Positions 36,865 to 46,566 of a DNA stretch of 64,000 bases are shown one piece after another. Position 1 is the stretch's first letter; each line of letters begins with the position of its first letter. Location: contig CBDBDQ010000005.1 in assembly GCA_965203905.1 (NCBI GenBank), positions 160,001 through 224,000 on the forward strand. The letters run 5' to 3'. The translations under genes were made by a program, and so were the position numbers. The notes below the pieces were generated by a model, which saw only the letters and a program-made list of their open reading frames with translations, was not told the DNA's origin and made no database searches. The DNA comes from Spirochaetia bacterium. GTDB lineage: Bacteria > Spirochaetota > Spirochaetia > SZUA-6 > Bin103.

Positions 36865-38142
36865 CTAAGGAGTGCTATGGACATTCGTGTAGGGCCGTGA
36901 GGTCAGGCGAACTCGACTACGAGACGTTGACGCGCCGATGGGTGTAGACTGAGTTGCCAGCGCTATCAAGAGCAGGACAAAGACACCGCGTGCGTCGAAC
37001 AGGTCCCCGGATATACTGCTCGAGATTAGGAGCAAGATCAGTGCTGCGGCAATTGCCGGGTCGCCGAGACCACGGCCATTGCGCCAACGTCTGATGAACA
37101 CCAATAACGGAAGACAGAAAAGCAATAGTCCTATGATACCACCTTCGGCAAACGCTTCGACGAATACATTGTGAGGGTAAAGGCCAAACGTATCAAGTTG
37201 TGCGAAACCGGCCAAGCCGATTCCGCCGACAGGGCTCCCTAGTCCTGCTACGATTCCATCAATTAACAGGATGCCACGATTGGAAGTGTAACCCTCAATT
37301 AGCAGAAGGCGGATAAATCGAGTGGCAAACACCGCTATGGCGCGGCTTCCCAGGTCGGTGAGTACGAGCGCCCCTCCGGCGATCACCGAGAGCAATAACG
37401 TGACCCGTAGGCGACGGTCTAATCCGCGAATTGCGGCATACGCGAGAGCACCAAGAACCAGTGCTATCAGCGCTCCTCGAGAACCGGAGAGGAGCACGAG
37501 GAAGGAACCAACCGGTACCACTATCAAGCCGACGAATCTAGCCCAACGATGGTTGGACTGGAACGCAATACGAAGGGCTGCCAGGGTCAAGAGCCCCATG
37601 TTGCGCCCGAACACATTAGGACCACCGCCCAATACACTCAACCTTCCCAGTGACGGGTTGGTAAACACGGATGCCACTCCCGCAACTGCGAGAACCAAGC
37701 CGAGCCCAAAGATAGCATACCAGAAACCACTGACTGTACTTCCGATTCCGCATAGCCGTAGCGCACCAACGGTAAGCACACAGGACCACGCAACAAACAT
37801 CAGGTCGTAGGCCTTGGCTCCAGCCAGAGACAGATCAGGTGCCCACAACGTCGTGGCCACCATGTATACGACGAACACAACGATCACGGCCGACCACGTG
37901 CGCACGCCGCCGGCGAACGACCGTACCGCCCCCGGACCTCGTCCCGCGGCGACGCCCAACAGCCACACCGACAGCGCCGCAAGCACGAGCAACCTGAGCT
38001 GTAAGTACCAGACAACCTCCTCGGATCCGATGAACTGACCCAGGTATGAACGCCCAACCAATTGAAACGTCCCAATCAGAAAGCCTGCCGCGACAGCTCC
38101 CAGTCGCCGGTCATGGTGGTGATTCCTAAGGTAGTTACTCAT
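36865..38142 (-). CDS. O-antigen ligase / Wzy polymerase family membrane protein
   Basis: About 11 TM segments, GGPNVFGR, LSGSRGAL, YPHNVFVEAFAEGGIIG. Confidence 0.82.
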   Translation of the reverse strand: MSNYLRNHHHDRRLGAVAAGFLIGTFQLVGRSYLGQFIGSEEVVWYLQLRLLVLAALSVWLLGVAAGRGPGAVRSFAGGVRTWSAVIVVFVVYMVATTLWAPDLSLAGAKAYDLMFVAWSCVLTVGALRLCGIGSTVSGFWYAIFGLGLVLAVAGVASVFTNPSLGRLSVLGGGPNVFGRNMGLLTLAALRIAFQSNHRWARFVGLIVVPVGSFLVLLSGSRGALIALVLGALAYAAIRGLDRRLRVTLLLSVIAGGALVLTDLGSRAIAVFATRFIRLLLIEGYTSNRGILLIDGIVAGLGSPVGGIGLAGFAQLDTFGLYPHNVFVEAFAEGGIIGLLLFCLPLLVFIRRWRNGRGLGDPAIAAALILLLISSSISGDLFDARGVFVLLLIALATQSTPIGASTSRSRVRLTSRPYTNVHSTP

Positions 38143-38162
38143 GGACCCGTTGGCGCCGTCGC

Positions 38163-39119
38163 TTAGATTCCTCGGTCGAGCTCACCGGCCAGCATTTCAC
38201 CTATCCTTAGCTCTGCCGAGCGTGGTCGCATTCGACGTCTGGCGCCGTCCGGGCAGCTGGTCAACTCACCTACCTTGACCGTGCTGTCGTCCGTGTACAT
38301 GTCGACTCTAATGTAGGACAGTGAGTGTGACAGCGAGCGTGCCAGCTTGAGCATCACGTCAAGACGCTTCGGCCTCGCGTCAGCAATGCGCCCTTGTGGA
38401 TACGCCCACTCGAGATCCAGCCTCTTCCAAGACGCGTCGTACCAATTCCTTGTATGGCACGTATAGCGTCCAGAGTCAACCTGAATGAGCCTCGGTACAC
38501 CGCCAAAACAGTGGACCTTGAAGTCCCGCGGCACAGGCCTACCGCCGTCGTCAAAAAAATCTTCCACCAGGATCTTCGGCTCAAGATAGCGATAATTAGA
38601 CTCCCGTGACACCCGATAGTAATTCATCCTCAGCCAGCGCTTGAGCACGGCGCGGTCGAACCCCTGACTCTTCTCTCTGACCAGAATAACCTGTCCACTC
38701 ATATGGGAAGGCTTGATTACACATGGAAACGCACCTAACCTAAGACGGTCGATTTCTTCTTCTGTACGTATAATTGCCAGCGTCTTCATCGTGTACTGCC
38801 AACCGACCATGCCTCCAATGTACGACTTTACGAACTCTTTGTCGGTAACAAACTGACGCAACGGTGAAAGCAGGGTTCCATCATTTCTGAGCCGAAAAAG
38901 ACAGTCATTGAACAACCTCGGGTTTCGATACCTGGGAACACGTCGCTGCCCAGAAATATAGCGCAGCGTGGAGTACAGTTTGTCTATTGGTGTTCCAGCT
39001 GGAAGGTGTGCCCGCAACGTCCTCGCAATCGCCAACAGCCCGGTGTGAATTGGCCCATGAGCACGCACCGATCTCTCCTTCAAGGGCAAAGTCCACTGCT
39101 CGATCCACCAGTCTCCCAA
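38163..39119 (-). CDS. TupA-like ATP-grasp amidoligase
   Basis: FVTDKEFVKSYI, VIKPSHMSG, ESNYRYLEPKILVE, DFKVHCFGG, YIRVDMY, VGELT. Confidence 0.85.
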   Translation of the reverse strand: MGDWWIEQWTLPLKERSVRAHGPIHTGLLAIARTLRAHLPAGTPIDKLYSTLRYISGQRRVPRYRNPRLFNDCLFRLRNDGTLLSPLRQFVTDKEFVKSYIGGMVGWQYTMKTLAIIRTEEEIDRLRLGAFPCVIKPSHMSGQVILVREKSQGFDRAVLKRWLRMNYYRVSRESNYRYLEPKILVEDFFDDGGRPVPRDFKVHCFGGVPRLIQVDSGRYTCHTRNWYDASWKRLDLEWAYPQGRIADARPKRLDVMLKLARSLSHSLSYIRVDMYTDDSTVKVGELTSCPDGARRRMRPRSAELRIGEMLAGELDRGI

Positions 39120-39120
39120 T

Positions 39121-40632
39121 TCAATGTTGATGTCTCCTCTCGCGGACCGTCGCGATTGCTATGGCGCGCTTTAGATCCTCCATGAAGCGCCGTCCTCCTG
39201 GCAACATTGCGTGACTACCAATAAACACTCCGACATACAGCACGATGTTCAGCGCGATCCACCAGATTCCACTTCCTGAGGGGACCGCCAGTACCACTCC
39301 CGCGGCAATCAGCGCCGCTACGAAGGGTCGCCAAATTGATCCGAGGACGGCACCTCCACGCATCGACAAAGACGGCCCTACGTACCATATCTCGCCGACG
39401 AGGCTCACTGCGGTCGCTATTCCGTAACCGGCAGCGACGCCCACTGGGCCCCAAGTCCAGCCAACCGCCACGCCGCCAACGCTTGCTACACAGCGCATCA
39501 GTCGGACCACCATCAGTCTCCTGGAGTGCCCCCGTGGCACCAACAGCCATCCGACAAGCTTACCGACGATCCACGTCGCCCCCGAGAGTGTCAGCCAGCG
39601 CACCAGCGGTATCGCTGCGTCCCACTGCTTGCCCAATAGCACACTGACCACCAGCGGAGCTTCCACCGCCAATAAGGCGAGCGCCCCACAGCCTGCAAAT
39701 GCGGTTACCGTTAGCGTCTGAGCAAATAGTCTGTCGAACGCGGCAACGTCCCGTTGGAGACGACTAAGAGATGCTGGGACCACACGCTCCAATGGCTCCA
39801 CAAGATATGACAGTGGAGTCATCACGCTCACCGATGCGCGATTGTACAATCCGAGTTCCGACGCCCCGGCGACGACCCCCAACAGGGTTGGTGCCGCGTT
39901 CCTTGAAAAGTAGAACAGGATCGTCGAAGGTACAAGATTGTTTCCGAATCGTAGAACAGAAGATACATTCGTGGCTTTTTTTGGACGACAAGGTGTCCAT
40001 CCAGATAGTATCCAGTTCCACACGGTACGTGCCGTCTGCATCACCACATGCATTGCGACTAGAGCCCAGAATCCGCCACCTGATAGAGCCACAGTGACAC
40101 CCACGGAAATGCCGATCACATTGGATCCTATGCGTACCAACTGCAACGTCCGATACCGCAGCTGTCGCCTCATCAAGGCTTCATGCTGAGCTCCCACACC
40201 AATCGTAACAACCGTGACCGACATTGCTATCGTCGCGCCGATTACCCGGGTTTCGTCAAACAGCAGAGCCAGGAGCGGGGAGCATAGCGCGGTGACTCCA
40301 GCCAGCGCAAGGCCCAGCAAGCTGTTTATCCAGAACAACTTCGACAGTTGATCATCGCTCAAGTTCAAGCGCTGGGTGGATGCAGCGGTCAACCCCCAAT
40401 CACCGATTAGGGAAACTAGATTCAGCAAGATACTGCACATCGCGACGATTCCGAAGTCTTCGGGAGTTAGGAGCCGGGCAAGCACGGCGACTGCTCCAAA
40501 ACGGAGACACGCCTGAGACAACATCGCGACGATGCCAGCTCCCGTTCCTCGTATGCTGGCATCTCTTACTTGGTAGTATCGAGACTGCTCGTCGGAGTAA
40601 CTGTTGATATCTTGCTGATTCTGGCCAGACAT
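39121..40632 (-). CDS. wzx: Polysaccharide flippase (Wzx/WzxC-like)
   Basis: VLARLLTPEDFGIVAM, FWIN, GGFWALV, LGLYNRA, LLGKQW; about 12 TM segments. Confidence 0.87.
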   Translation of the reverse strand: MSGQNQQDINSYSDEQSRYYQVRDASIRGTGAGIVAMLSQACLRFGAVAVLARLLTPEDFGIVAMCSILLNLVSLIGDWGLTAASTQRLNLSDDQLSKLFWINSLLGLALAGVTALCSPLLALLFDETRVIGATIAMSVTVVTIGVGAQHEALMRRQLRYRTLQLVRIGSNVIGISVGVTVALSGGGFWALVAMHVVMQTARTVWNWILSGWTPCRPKKATNVSSVLRFGNNLVPSTILFYFSRNAAPTLLGVVAGASELGLYNRASVSVMTPLSYLVEPLERVVPASLSRLQRDVAAFDRLFAQTLTVTAFAGCGALALLAVEAPLVVSVLLGKQWDAAIPLVRWLTLSGATWIVGKLVGWLLVPRGHSRRLMVVRLMRCVASVGGVAVGWTWGPVGVAAGYGIATAVSLVGEIWYVGPSLSMRGGAVLGSIWRPFVAALIAAGVVLAVPSGSGIWWIALNIVLYVGVFIGSHAMLPGGRRFMEDLKRAIAIATVRERRHQH

Positions 40633-40885
40633 CGACAGCGGGCAGTATCTCCCACGTCGCTATCACGGCGCAAGCGAGTACACATTCAAGTGTACGGGGC
40701 TGAACCCGTAGCCATCCGATACACCGGCTGGCGCCGCTCAGGGGGCCTCGGGCTTGCGTTGACAACATATGATGCGGTGCAGAGATCGGTTGGAGTCTTG
40801 CCTGTGGCCGTCAGCCAGGGCGCCTCAACGTGGAGTGGATCAGGTATTGCGAGCGTAGATCTCGCTACTCGAAAGGGCAGCGAAG

Positions 40886-42154
40886 GTGGTCTTGACGAGC
40901 ACGCTCCCTATCGGATCAAATCACGTTGTGATCGATGCCCAGGACGCTGGTGGCAGCTGGAGTACGCTGGATGCTGGAGCCCTGAACCACGATAGACCGT
41001 CGCCGCGAGACCACCTCACCACTGTCATTCGCAGTACCACGCATGCACGCGCCGGGCTGGTCGGCAACCCGTCCGACCTGTTTGGCGGCAAGGTGATCTC
41101 GCTGCTGTTCGATGCGTTCGCGGCCCACGTCTCGCTGTACGAGTCGGAGCGGCTGACGGTGCTGCCCAATACGCGGGACGCTACCAGCTTCGACGACATG
41201 GCGGAGCTGGTCCGCTATCGGCGCCAGCACGGCTACTACGGGGGGCTGCGCCTGATCGAGGCGATCCTGGTGCGGTTCGACCACTGCTGCCGCGAACGCG
41301 GCATCGCCCTGCCGCGGCGCAACTGCACCATCGAGTACCACTCGGATATTCCGTTCGGTGTGGGGCTGGGTGGCTCGTCGGCGATCATAGCCGCGGTGTT
41401 CAACGCGCTGATGCAGTTCTACGAGCTCACCGAGGCGGACATTCCCAAGGCCGAGCAGCCCAATGTCATTCTGGAGGCGGAGACGGTGGAGCTGGGAATC
41501 AGCGCCGGGCCGCAGGACCGCGTGGTAGCGGTCTACGGGGGCGTAGTGGCGATGGACTTCTCCCCCGGCGCCTATGCCCGCAATGGCGGTCGCCATGGCG
41601 ATTACCGGCGGCTGGCTCCGGATCTCCTCCCGCCGCTGTTCGTGGCCTACCACGAGGGGTTGTCCAAGTCCTCGGGCTCCATCCACAACGTCGTGCGCTA
41701 CCGTGCCGAGGTCGAGCATGACCGGGCGATCACGGAGGCCATGGCCGCCAAGGCCGCCCTGGTCGACGAAGCGCTCGCGGCACTGCATCAGGGGCATGGC
41801 GAGCGCATCGGCGCGATCATGGATCGTGACTTCGACCTGCGCCAGTCGGTGTACGGCCTGCCCCCCGATCAGATACGCATGATCGCCATTGCGCGCGAAC
41901 AGGGAGCACACGCCAAGTTCACCGGATCCGGTGGGGCCGCCGTCGGCACCTATGTGGACGCTGCGCATCTGCGGCTGCTCAAGGGGGCCTACGAGGACGA
42001 AGGGTTCACGGTGGTGCCGGTCCGGGTGGCCGCGGCGCACAGGCCGTGCCGGTCCGCGGCCGGCGCCCGAGCCGTCCTTGATGAAGCCGTAGTGGGCAAA
42101 CCCGGAGCACCGGCTTCTCCCACGGTGCGCGTCGGATCTGCGGCGCGGCCTTGA
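40886..42154 (+). CDS. GHMP kinase resembling plant glucuronokinase (start uncertain; conserved part begins near 41025)
   Basis: HARAGLVGNPSD, GYYGGLRL, IPFGVGLGGSSAI, ELGISAGPQDRV, YGGVVAMDF, LLPPL, AKFTGSGGA. Confidence 0.82.
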   Translation: MVLTSTLPIGSNHVVIDAQDAGGSWSTLDAGALNHDRPSPRDHLTTVIRSTTHARAGLVGNPSDLFGGKVISLLFDAFAAHVSLYESERLTVLPNTRDATSFDDMAELVRYRRQHGYYGGLRLIEAILVRFDHCCRERGIALPRRNCTIEYHSDIPFGVGLGGSSAIIAAVFNALMQFYELTEADIPKAEQPNVILEAETVELGISAGPQDRVVAVYGGVVAMDFSPGAYARNGGRHGDYRRLAPDLLPPLFVAYHEGLSKSSGSIHNVVRYRAEVEHDRAITEAMAAKAALVDEALAALHQGHGERIGAIMDRDFDLRQSVYGLPPDQIRMIAIAREQGAHAKFTGSGGAAVGTYVDAAHLRLLKGAYEDEGFTVVPVRVAAAHRPCRSAAGARAVLDEAVVGKPGAPASPTVRVGSAARP

Positions 42155-42903
42155 ATGCCGTCCTCCTCGCCGCGGGCTACGGTACGCGCCTCCGGGCGCT
42201 GTTCCCCGATACGCCGAAGGCGTTGATCGAGATCGCCGGGCGTCCCGTCCTCGCTCACCTGCTCGACAATCTCGCCCGGTCCGGCCTCGTCGATGGTGTC
42301 ACCATCGTTACCAACGACCGCTACCACCCCGCCTTGCAAGGCTACCTCGACTCGCATCCGCCGCGCCTCTCCACCTGCCTGCTCACCGATGGGACCGGTA
42401 CCGAACAGGATCGGCTCGGCGCGCTCGGCGATCTGCAGTTTGCTCTCGACCACCTCGATCGTCGCGAGGATCTCCTCGTCACGGCGACCGACAAACTGCT
42501 CACCTTCGAGCTTGCGGCCCTCCTGCGCTGGGCGCGGCAGCGTGCCGCGCCGGTCAATGTGTGCGTGCGGCTGTCGAGTCGCGCCCATCTTGCAGGCAGG
42601 CACGGCTGCGTGCTGCTCGACTCCGACGCGCGTATCGTCGACTTCGAAGAGAAACCCCGGAACCCGAAGTCGCGGCTCGCCAGCCTGGCGATCTACGTGC
42701 TGCCGGTGGCGGTGCAGCCTCTGGTGCGCGAGTACCTGCTGCAGGGCGGCGACGCGGACGCTCCCGGCTACTTCCTGGGCTGGTTGGCGCAGCGTGCCGC
42801 CGTCTACGGCTACGTCGCCCCGGGCCCCAGCTACGATGTAGGTACTCCCGCTACCTACGCGGCTGCGCAGCGCGCCTTCCGCGCACCCGATATCGAGGCC
42901 TGA
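42151..42903 (+). CDS. Sugar-1-phosphate nucleotidyltransferase family protein
   Basis: LLAAGYGTRL...PKAL, RLGALGDL, FEEKP, DAPG, YDVG; TTGA overlap with the kinase gene. Confidence 0.87.
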   Translation: MNAVLLAAGYGTRLRALFPDTPKALIEIAGRPVLAHLLDNLARSGLVDGVTIVTNDRYHPALQGYLDSHPPRLSTCLLTDGTGTEQDRLGALGDLQFALDHLDRREDLLVTATDKLLTFELAALLRWARQRAAPVNVCVRLSSRAHLAGRHGCVLLDSDARIVDFEEKPRNPKSRLASLAIYVLPVAVQPLVREYLLQGGDADAPGYFLGWLAQRAAVYGYVAPGPSYDVGTPATYAAAQRAFRAPDIEA

Positions 42904-42949
42904 TCGCCGTCGGTTCCAAGACCACCGCGGTCCGGGCTATGCTGCCGCC

Positions 42950-43234
42950 ATGGCTACTGCAACCTGGAATGGGGCCGTTCTCGCCGCGTCGGATACGTTC
43001 GAGACCGTCGAGGGGAACATCTACTTCCCGCCCGATACCATCAACCGTGAGCACTTCGTCGAAAGTTCGCACCGTACGGTGTGCGGCTGGAAGGGCGAAG
43101 CCAGCTACTACGATCTGCAGGTGAACGGTGAGACCAATGCCAACGCGGCATTCTACTACCCCGATCCGCTCCCGGCCGCGATGAAGGTCAAGGGCTACGT
43201 GGCGTTCTGGAACGGCGTCGAGGTCAGCGAGTAA
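42950..43234 (+). CDS. DUF427 domain protein
   Basis: ATWNGAVLA, VEGNIYFPP, CGWKGEASYY, YVAFW; TATGCT 6 nt upstream of the ATG. Confidence 0.9.
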   Translation: MATATWNGAVLAASDTFETVEGNIYFPPDTINREHFVESSHRTVCGWKGEASYYDLQVNGETNANAAFYYPDPLPAAMKVKGYVAFWNGVEVSE

Positions 43235-43252
43235 ACTGCCGCCGCCGCCAGG

Positions 43253-43660
43253 TCACGGCGCGGACGGATGATCGGTCCCGGTGCCGGGCTTGGGGAAGAA
43301 CTGGTCGATGAGAATCGCGTTCCCGTCCGGGTCGCGGCATGCGATGTGAGCCGGACCCGTGCCGTCGGGATCGGTGTCGGTCTGCAACTCGATTCCCCCC
43401 GCAATGAGGGAGTCCCTGATCTCCCGGATGTCCGTGAACTCGTCGAGCTGTGAGCCATCGCGGCGCAGACCGGGGTTGAAGGTGAGGATGTTGCCTTCGA
43501 ACATGCCCTGAAAGAGGCCGATCGTCGCGCTCCCGTTGACCATGATCAGGTAGCCGGTACCATCGCCGCCGGCGCGGGAGAAGCCGAGCTTCTCGTAAAA
43601 TGCCTTGGCGACCTGCAGATCCTTGACTGACAGACTCACCGAGAACGCACCGAGATCCAT
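43253..43660 (-). CDS. VOC/glyoxalase family protein
   Basis: MDLGAFSVSLSVKDL...FYEKLGF, IGLFQGMFEGNILTFNPG, DPDGNAILIDQ. Confidence 0.88.
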   Translation of the reverse strand: MDLGAFSVSLSVKDLQVAKAFYEKLGFSRAGGDGTGYLIMVNGSATIGLFQGMFEGNILTFNPGLRRDGSQLDEFTDIREIRDSLIAGGIELQTDTDPDGTGPAHIACRDPDGNAILIDQFFPKPGTGTDHPSAP

Positions 43661-43839
43661 CTCACCATGAGCCTACCACACTCGGAACCCTCTGCCAGCG
43701 GCGCCGGCAATCAGCCCGGGGCCCCCGGAAACCGCACGTAGCCGACATTCGTGCTGCGTACTATGATCCACTTCTATATTGATGCACGAAGCACGCACGA
43801 TCTGGTGGCGCAGCGTTGGCCCGATCGCTGGCGGCCGAT

Positions 43840-43855
43840 TGGCGTGATTCTTGCT
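43840..43855 (+). promoter_or_regulatory. Sigma54 (-24/-12) promoter of the purine uptake/catabolism operon
   Basis: TGGCGT-GATTC-TTGCT with correct GG-N10-GC spacing, 22 nt upstream of ATG 43878 and its AGGAGG RBS. Confidence 0.7.
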
Positions 43856-43877
43856 TGGATAGGACAGGAGGTTCTCC

Positions 43878-44906
43878 ATGAAAACGTTCCATCGCGCGGC
43901 GCTGGTGCTGGCCGCCGCCGTCTGCGCATCGTTGGCTGCCGTCGCCGTGAGCGCCGATCAGCTCGCCGTCAAGTTCTCGCTCGACTGGAAGTTCGAGGGT
44001 CCGGCCGCGGCTTACCTGCTGGCCCTCGACAAGGGCTACTTCGCCGATGAGGGCCTGGACGTCACCATCGACACCGGCCAGGGTTCGCTGGAGGCGATCC
44101 CGCGCGTGGCCAGCGGCGTCTACCAGTTCGGCTTCGCCGACATCAATTCCCTTATCAAGTTCCACGACAAGAATCCGGATGTGGGCATCAAGGGCATTCT
44201 CATGGTGTACGACGCCCCGCCGTTCGCGATCGTGACGCTGGCCAAGACCGGCATCGAGACCCCGCGCGACCTGGAGGGGCGCATTCTCGGCGCGCCGGCT
44301 CCCGACGGCGCCTACGCGCAGTGGAAGGCGTTCGTCAAGGAGAACGGCATCGACGCCAGCAAGGTGACCATCGAGAACGTCGGCTTCCCGGTGCGCGAAC
44401 CGATGCTGGTCGCGGGCCAGGTCGACGCCATCACCGGCTACTCCTTCTCCTCGTTCCTCAACCTCAAGTCCAAGGGTGTGGCGCCGGACGACATCCGGGT
44501 GTTCCTGATGTCGGACTACGGCCTCGAACTGTACGGCAACACGGTCATCGTCAACCCCGAGTTCGCCGCCGAGAACCCAGCGGCGGTTGCCGGCTTCGTG
44601 CGCGCCATCATCAGGGGCTGGCAGGACACGGTGGCCGATCCGGCGGCCGCGGTGAAGCACGTGCTGGAGCGCAACCTGGTGGCGCGCGAGCCGGTCGAGC
44701 TGGAGCGCCTGGAGATGTGCATTGCCGACAACGTGAACACTTCGTATGTGATGGAGCACGGGTTCGGCAGCGTCGACCTGGCGCGGCTGGCATCGTCGAT
44801 CGAGCAGATCGGCGTGACCTACGAGTTCAGCGCGGCACCGCCGACACCCGAGGCCGTGTTCACCAACGAGTACCTGCCGGCGGCCGCGGAGCGCATGCTC
44901 CAGTAG
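43878..44906 (+). CDS. ABC substrate-binding protein, NMT1/THI5-like
   Basis: Signal peptide, FSLDWKFEGP, KGYFADEGLDV, GFADIN, REPML, LYGN. Confidence 0.88.
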   Translation: MKTFHRAALVLAAAVCASLAAVAVSADQLAVKFSLDWKFEGPAAAYLLALDKGYFADEGLDVTIDTGQGSLEAIPRVASGVYQFGFADINSLIKFHDKNPDVGIKGILMVYDAPPFAIVTLAKTGIETPRDLEGRILGAPAPDGAYAQWKAFVKENGIDASKVTIENVGFPVREPMLVAGQVDAITGYSFSSFLNLKSKGVAPDDIRVFLMSDYGLELYGNTVIVNPEFAAENPAAVAGFVRAIIRGWQDTVADPAAAVKHVLERNLVAREPVELERLEMCIADNVNTSYVMEHGFGSVDLARLASSIEQIGVTYEFSAAPPTPEAVFTNEYLPAAAERMLQ

Positions 44907-44913
44907 GACCGCA

Positions 44914-45732
44914 GTGGGCGCGGGTGGGAACGGAACCACGCAGGCGGACGCGTTCGTCCAGTTGCGCGACGTCAGCCTGACCTACGGCGGCGGTGCCACC
45001 GGTACGCTGGTCCTGCAGGGTCTCGACCTGCAGGTGGAGCGCGGTGAGTTCGCCGCCGTGGTGGGCCCGAGCGGGTGCGGCAAGTCGACGCTGATGAAGC
45101 TGATGTCGGGCCTGCTCCCGGCCCGCACCGGGGAGACGATCGTGGCCGGGCAGCCGGTCACCGGGCCTTTGAAGATCGTCGGGATGGCGTTCCAGAACCC
45201 TACCCTGCTGCTGTGGCGCTCCACGTTGGACAACGTGCTGCTGCCGTTGGAGATCGTGGAGCCGCACCGGCGCCGGCTGCGGGCGCAGCGCGCCGCGTAC
45301 GTGGCGGCCGCGGAGGAGTTGCTGGCGCTGGTGGGCCTGTCCGGCTACGGCGACCACTATCCGTGGCAGCTCTCCGGCGGCATGCAGCAACGGGCGTCGC
45401 TGTGTCGGGCGCTGATTCACGAACCCGACCTGCTGATGCTGGACGAGCCGTTCGCCGCCCTGGACGCATTCACCCGTGAGGAGCTGTGGTGCGTGCTGCG
45501 CGACCTGTGGCAGCGCAAGCAGTTCACCGTGATCCTGGTCACCCACGACCTGCGCGAGGCGGTGTTCCTGGCCGACACCGTGCACGTGATGAGCGCCCGT
45601 CCGGGACGGATCGAAGTGACCCGCGAGATCGACCTGCCGCGCCCGCGCGAGCCCGATATCTGCTACACGCCGGAGTTCGTCGCCGTGGTACAGGAGCTGC
45701 GCGACCATATCGCGCAGTTCCGGGTGATATGA
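44914..45732 (+). CDS. ABC ATP-binding protein (NitT/TauB-like)
   Basis: GPSGCGKST, LSGGMQQR, MLDEPFAALD, VTHD. Confidence 0.92.
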   Translation: MGAGGNGTTQADAFVQLRDVSLTYGGGATGTLVLQGLDLQVERGEFAAVVGPSGCGKSTLMKLMSGLLPARTGETIVAGQPVTGPLKIVGMAFQNPTLLLWRSTLDNVLLPLEIVEPHRRRLRAQRAAYVAAAEELLALVGLSGYGDHYPWQLSGGMQQRASLCRALIHEPDLLMLDEPFAALDAFTREELWCVLRDLWQRKQFTVILVTHDLREAVFLADTVHVMSARPGRIEVTREIDLPRPREPDICYTPEFVAVVQELRDHIAQFRVI

Positions 45733-46553
45733 GCGACTCGATGGATGCCCGGTCCGGCGCCGCAGCTGCACCGGTGCAGGCAGGGTGGATCCGCTGGCGC
45801 GAGAAGCTGTCGCCCTGGGTGATGACCCTGGGCGGCTTCCTGATCTGGGAGGCGGTGTGCCGGGTGTTCCGGATTCCCTCCTACGTGCTGCCGACTCCCA
45901 GCGTGATCCTCGCCACGTTCGCCGAGTTTCGCCGCGCACTCGTCGTCAACTCGATCCAGACGTTGTGGACGACGCTGGCCGGATTCGGCATCGCGGTAGG
46001 GTTCGGGCTGCTGCTGGGGCTGATCATCGGCTGGTCGAAGACCATCTACAACGGCCTCTATCCGATGATGATCGGCTTCAACTGCGTGCCAAAGGTGGCC
46101 GTGGTGCCGATTCTCGTGCTCTGGTTCGGCATCGGCTCTCCACCGGCCATCCTGACCGCGTTCCTGATCTCGTTCTTCCCGATCGTGGTCAACGTGGCCA
46201 CCGGGCTGGCGACCCTGGAGCCGGAGCTGGAGGACGTACTGCGGGCGTTGGGAGCACACAAGCGCGACATCATGTTCAAGGTAGGCATTCCACGCTCCCT
46301 GCCCTACTTCTTCGGTTCCCTCAAGGTCGCGATCACGCTGGCGTTCGTGGGCTCGGTGGTGGCCGAAACGGTGGCCGCCAACGTCGGCATCGGACACATG
46401 ATGCTGATCGCACAGGCCAACTTCGAGGTGCCGCTGGTGTTCGCGGGCCTGTTTGCTCTGGCCGCGGAGGGGATCGGCATGTATGCTGCCTTCGCCTGGC
46501 TGGAGCGGCGCCTCACCGGGTGGGCCTTCCGCCGCGACGCCGCCAACGCCTGA
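45729..46553 (+). CDS. ABC permease (NitT/TauC-like)
   Basis: From ATG 45729; VLPTPS, VPKVAVVPILVLWFG, FFPIVVNVATGL, LPYFFGSLK. Confidence 0.9.
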   Translation: MSDSMDARSGAAAAPVQAGWIRWREKLSPWVMTLGGFLIWEAVCRVFRIPSYVLPTPSVILATFAEFRRALVVNSIQTLWTTLAGFGIAVGFGLLLGLIIGWSKTIYNGLYPMMIGFNCVPKVAVVPILVLWFGIGSPPAILTAFLISFFPIVVNVATGLATLEPELEDVLRALGAHKRDIMFKVGIPRSLPYFFGSLKVAITLAFVGSVVAETVAANVGIGHMMLIAQANFEVPLVFAGLFALAAEGIGMYAAFAWLERRLTGWAFRRDAANA

Positions 46554-46566
46554 TTCCGGAGGATGG

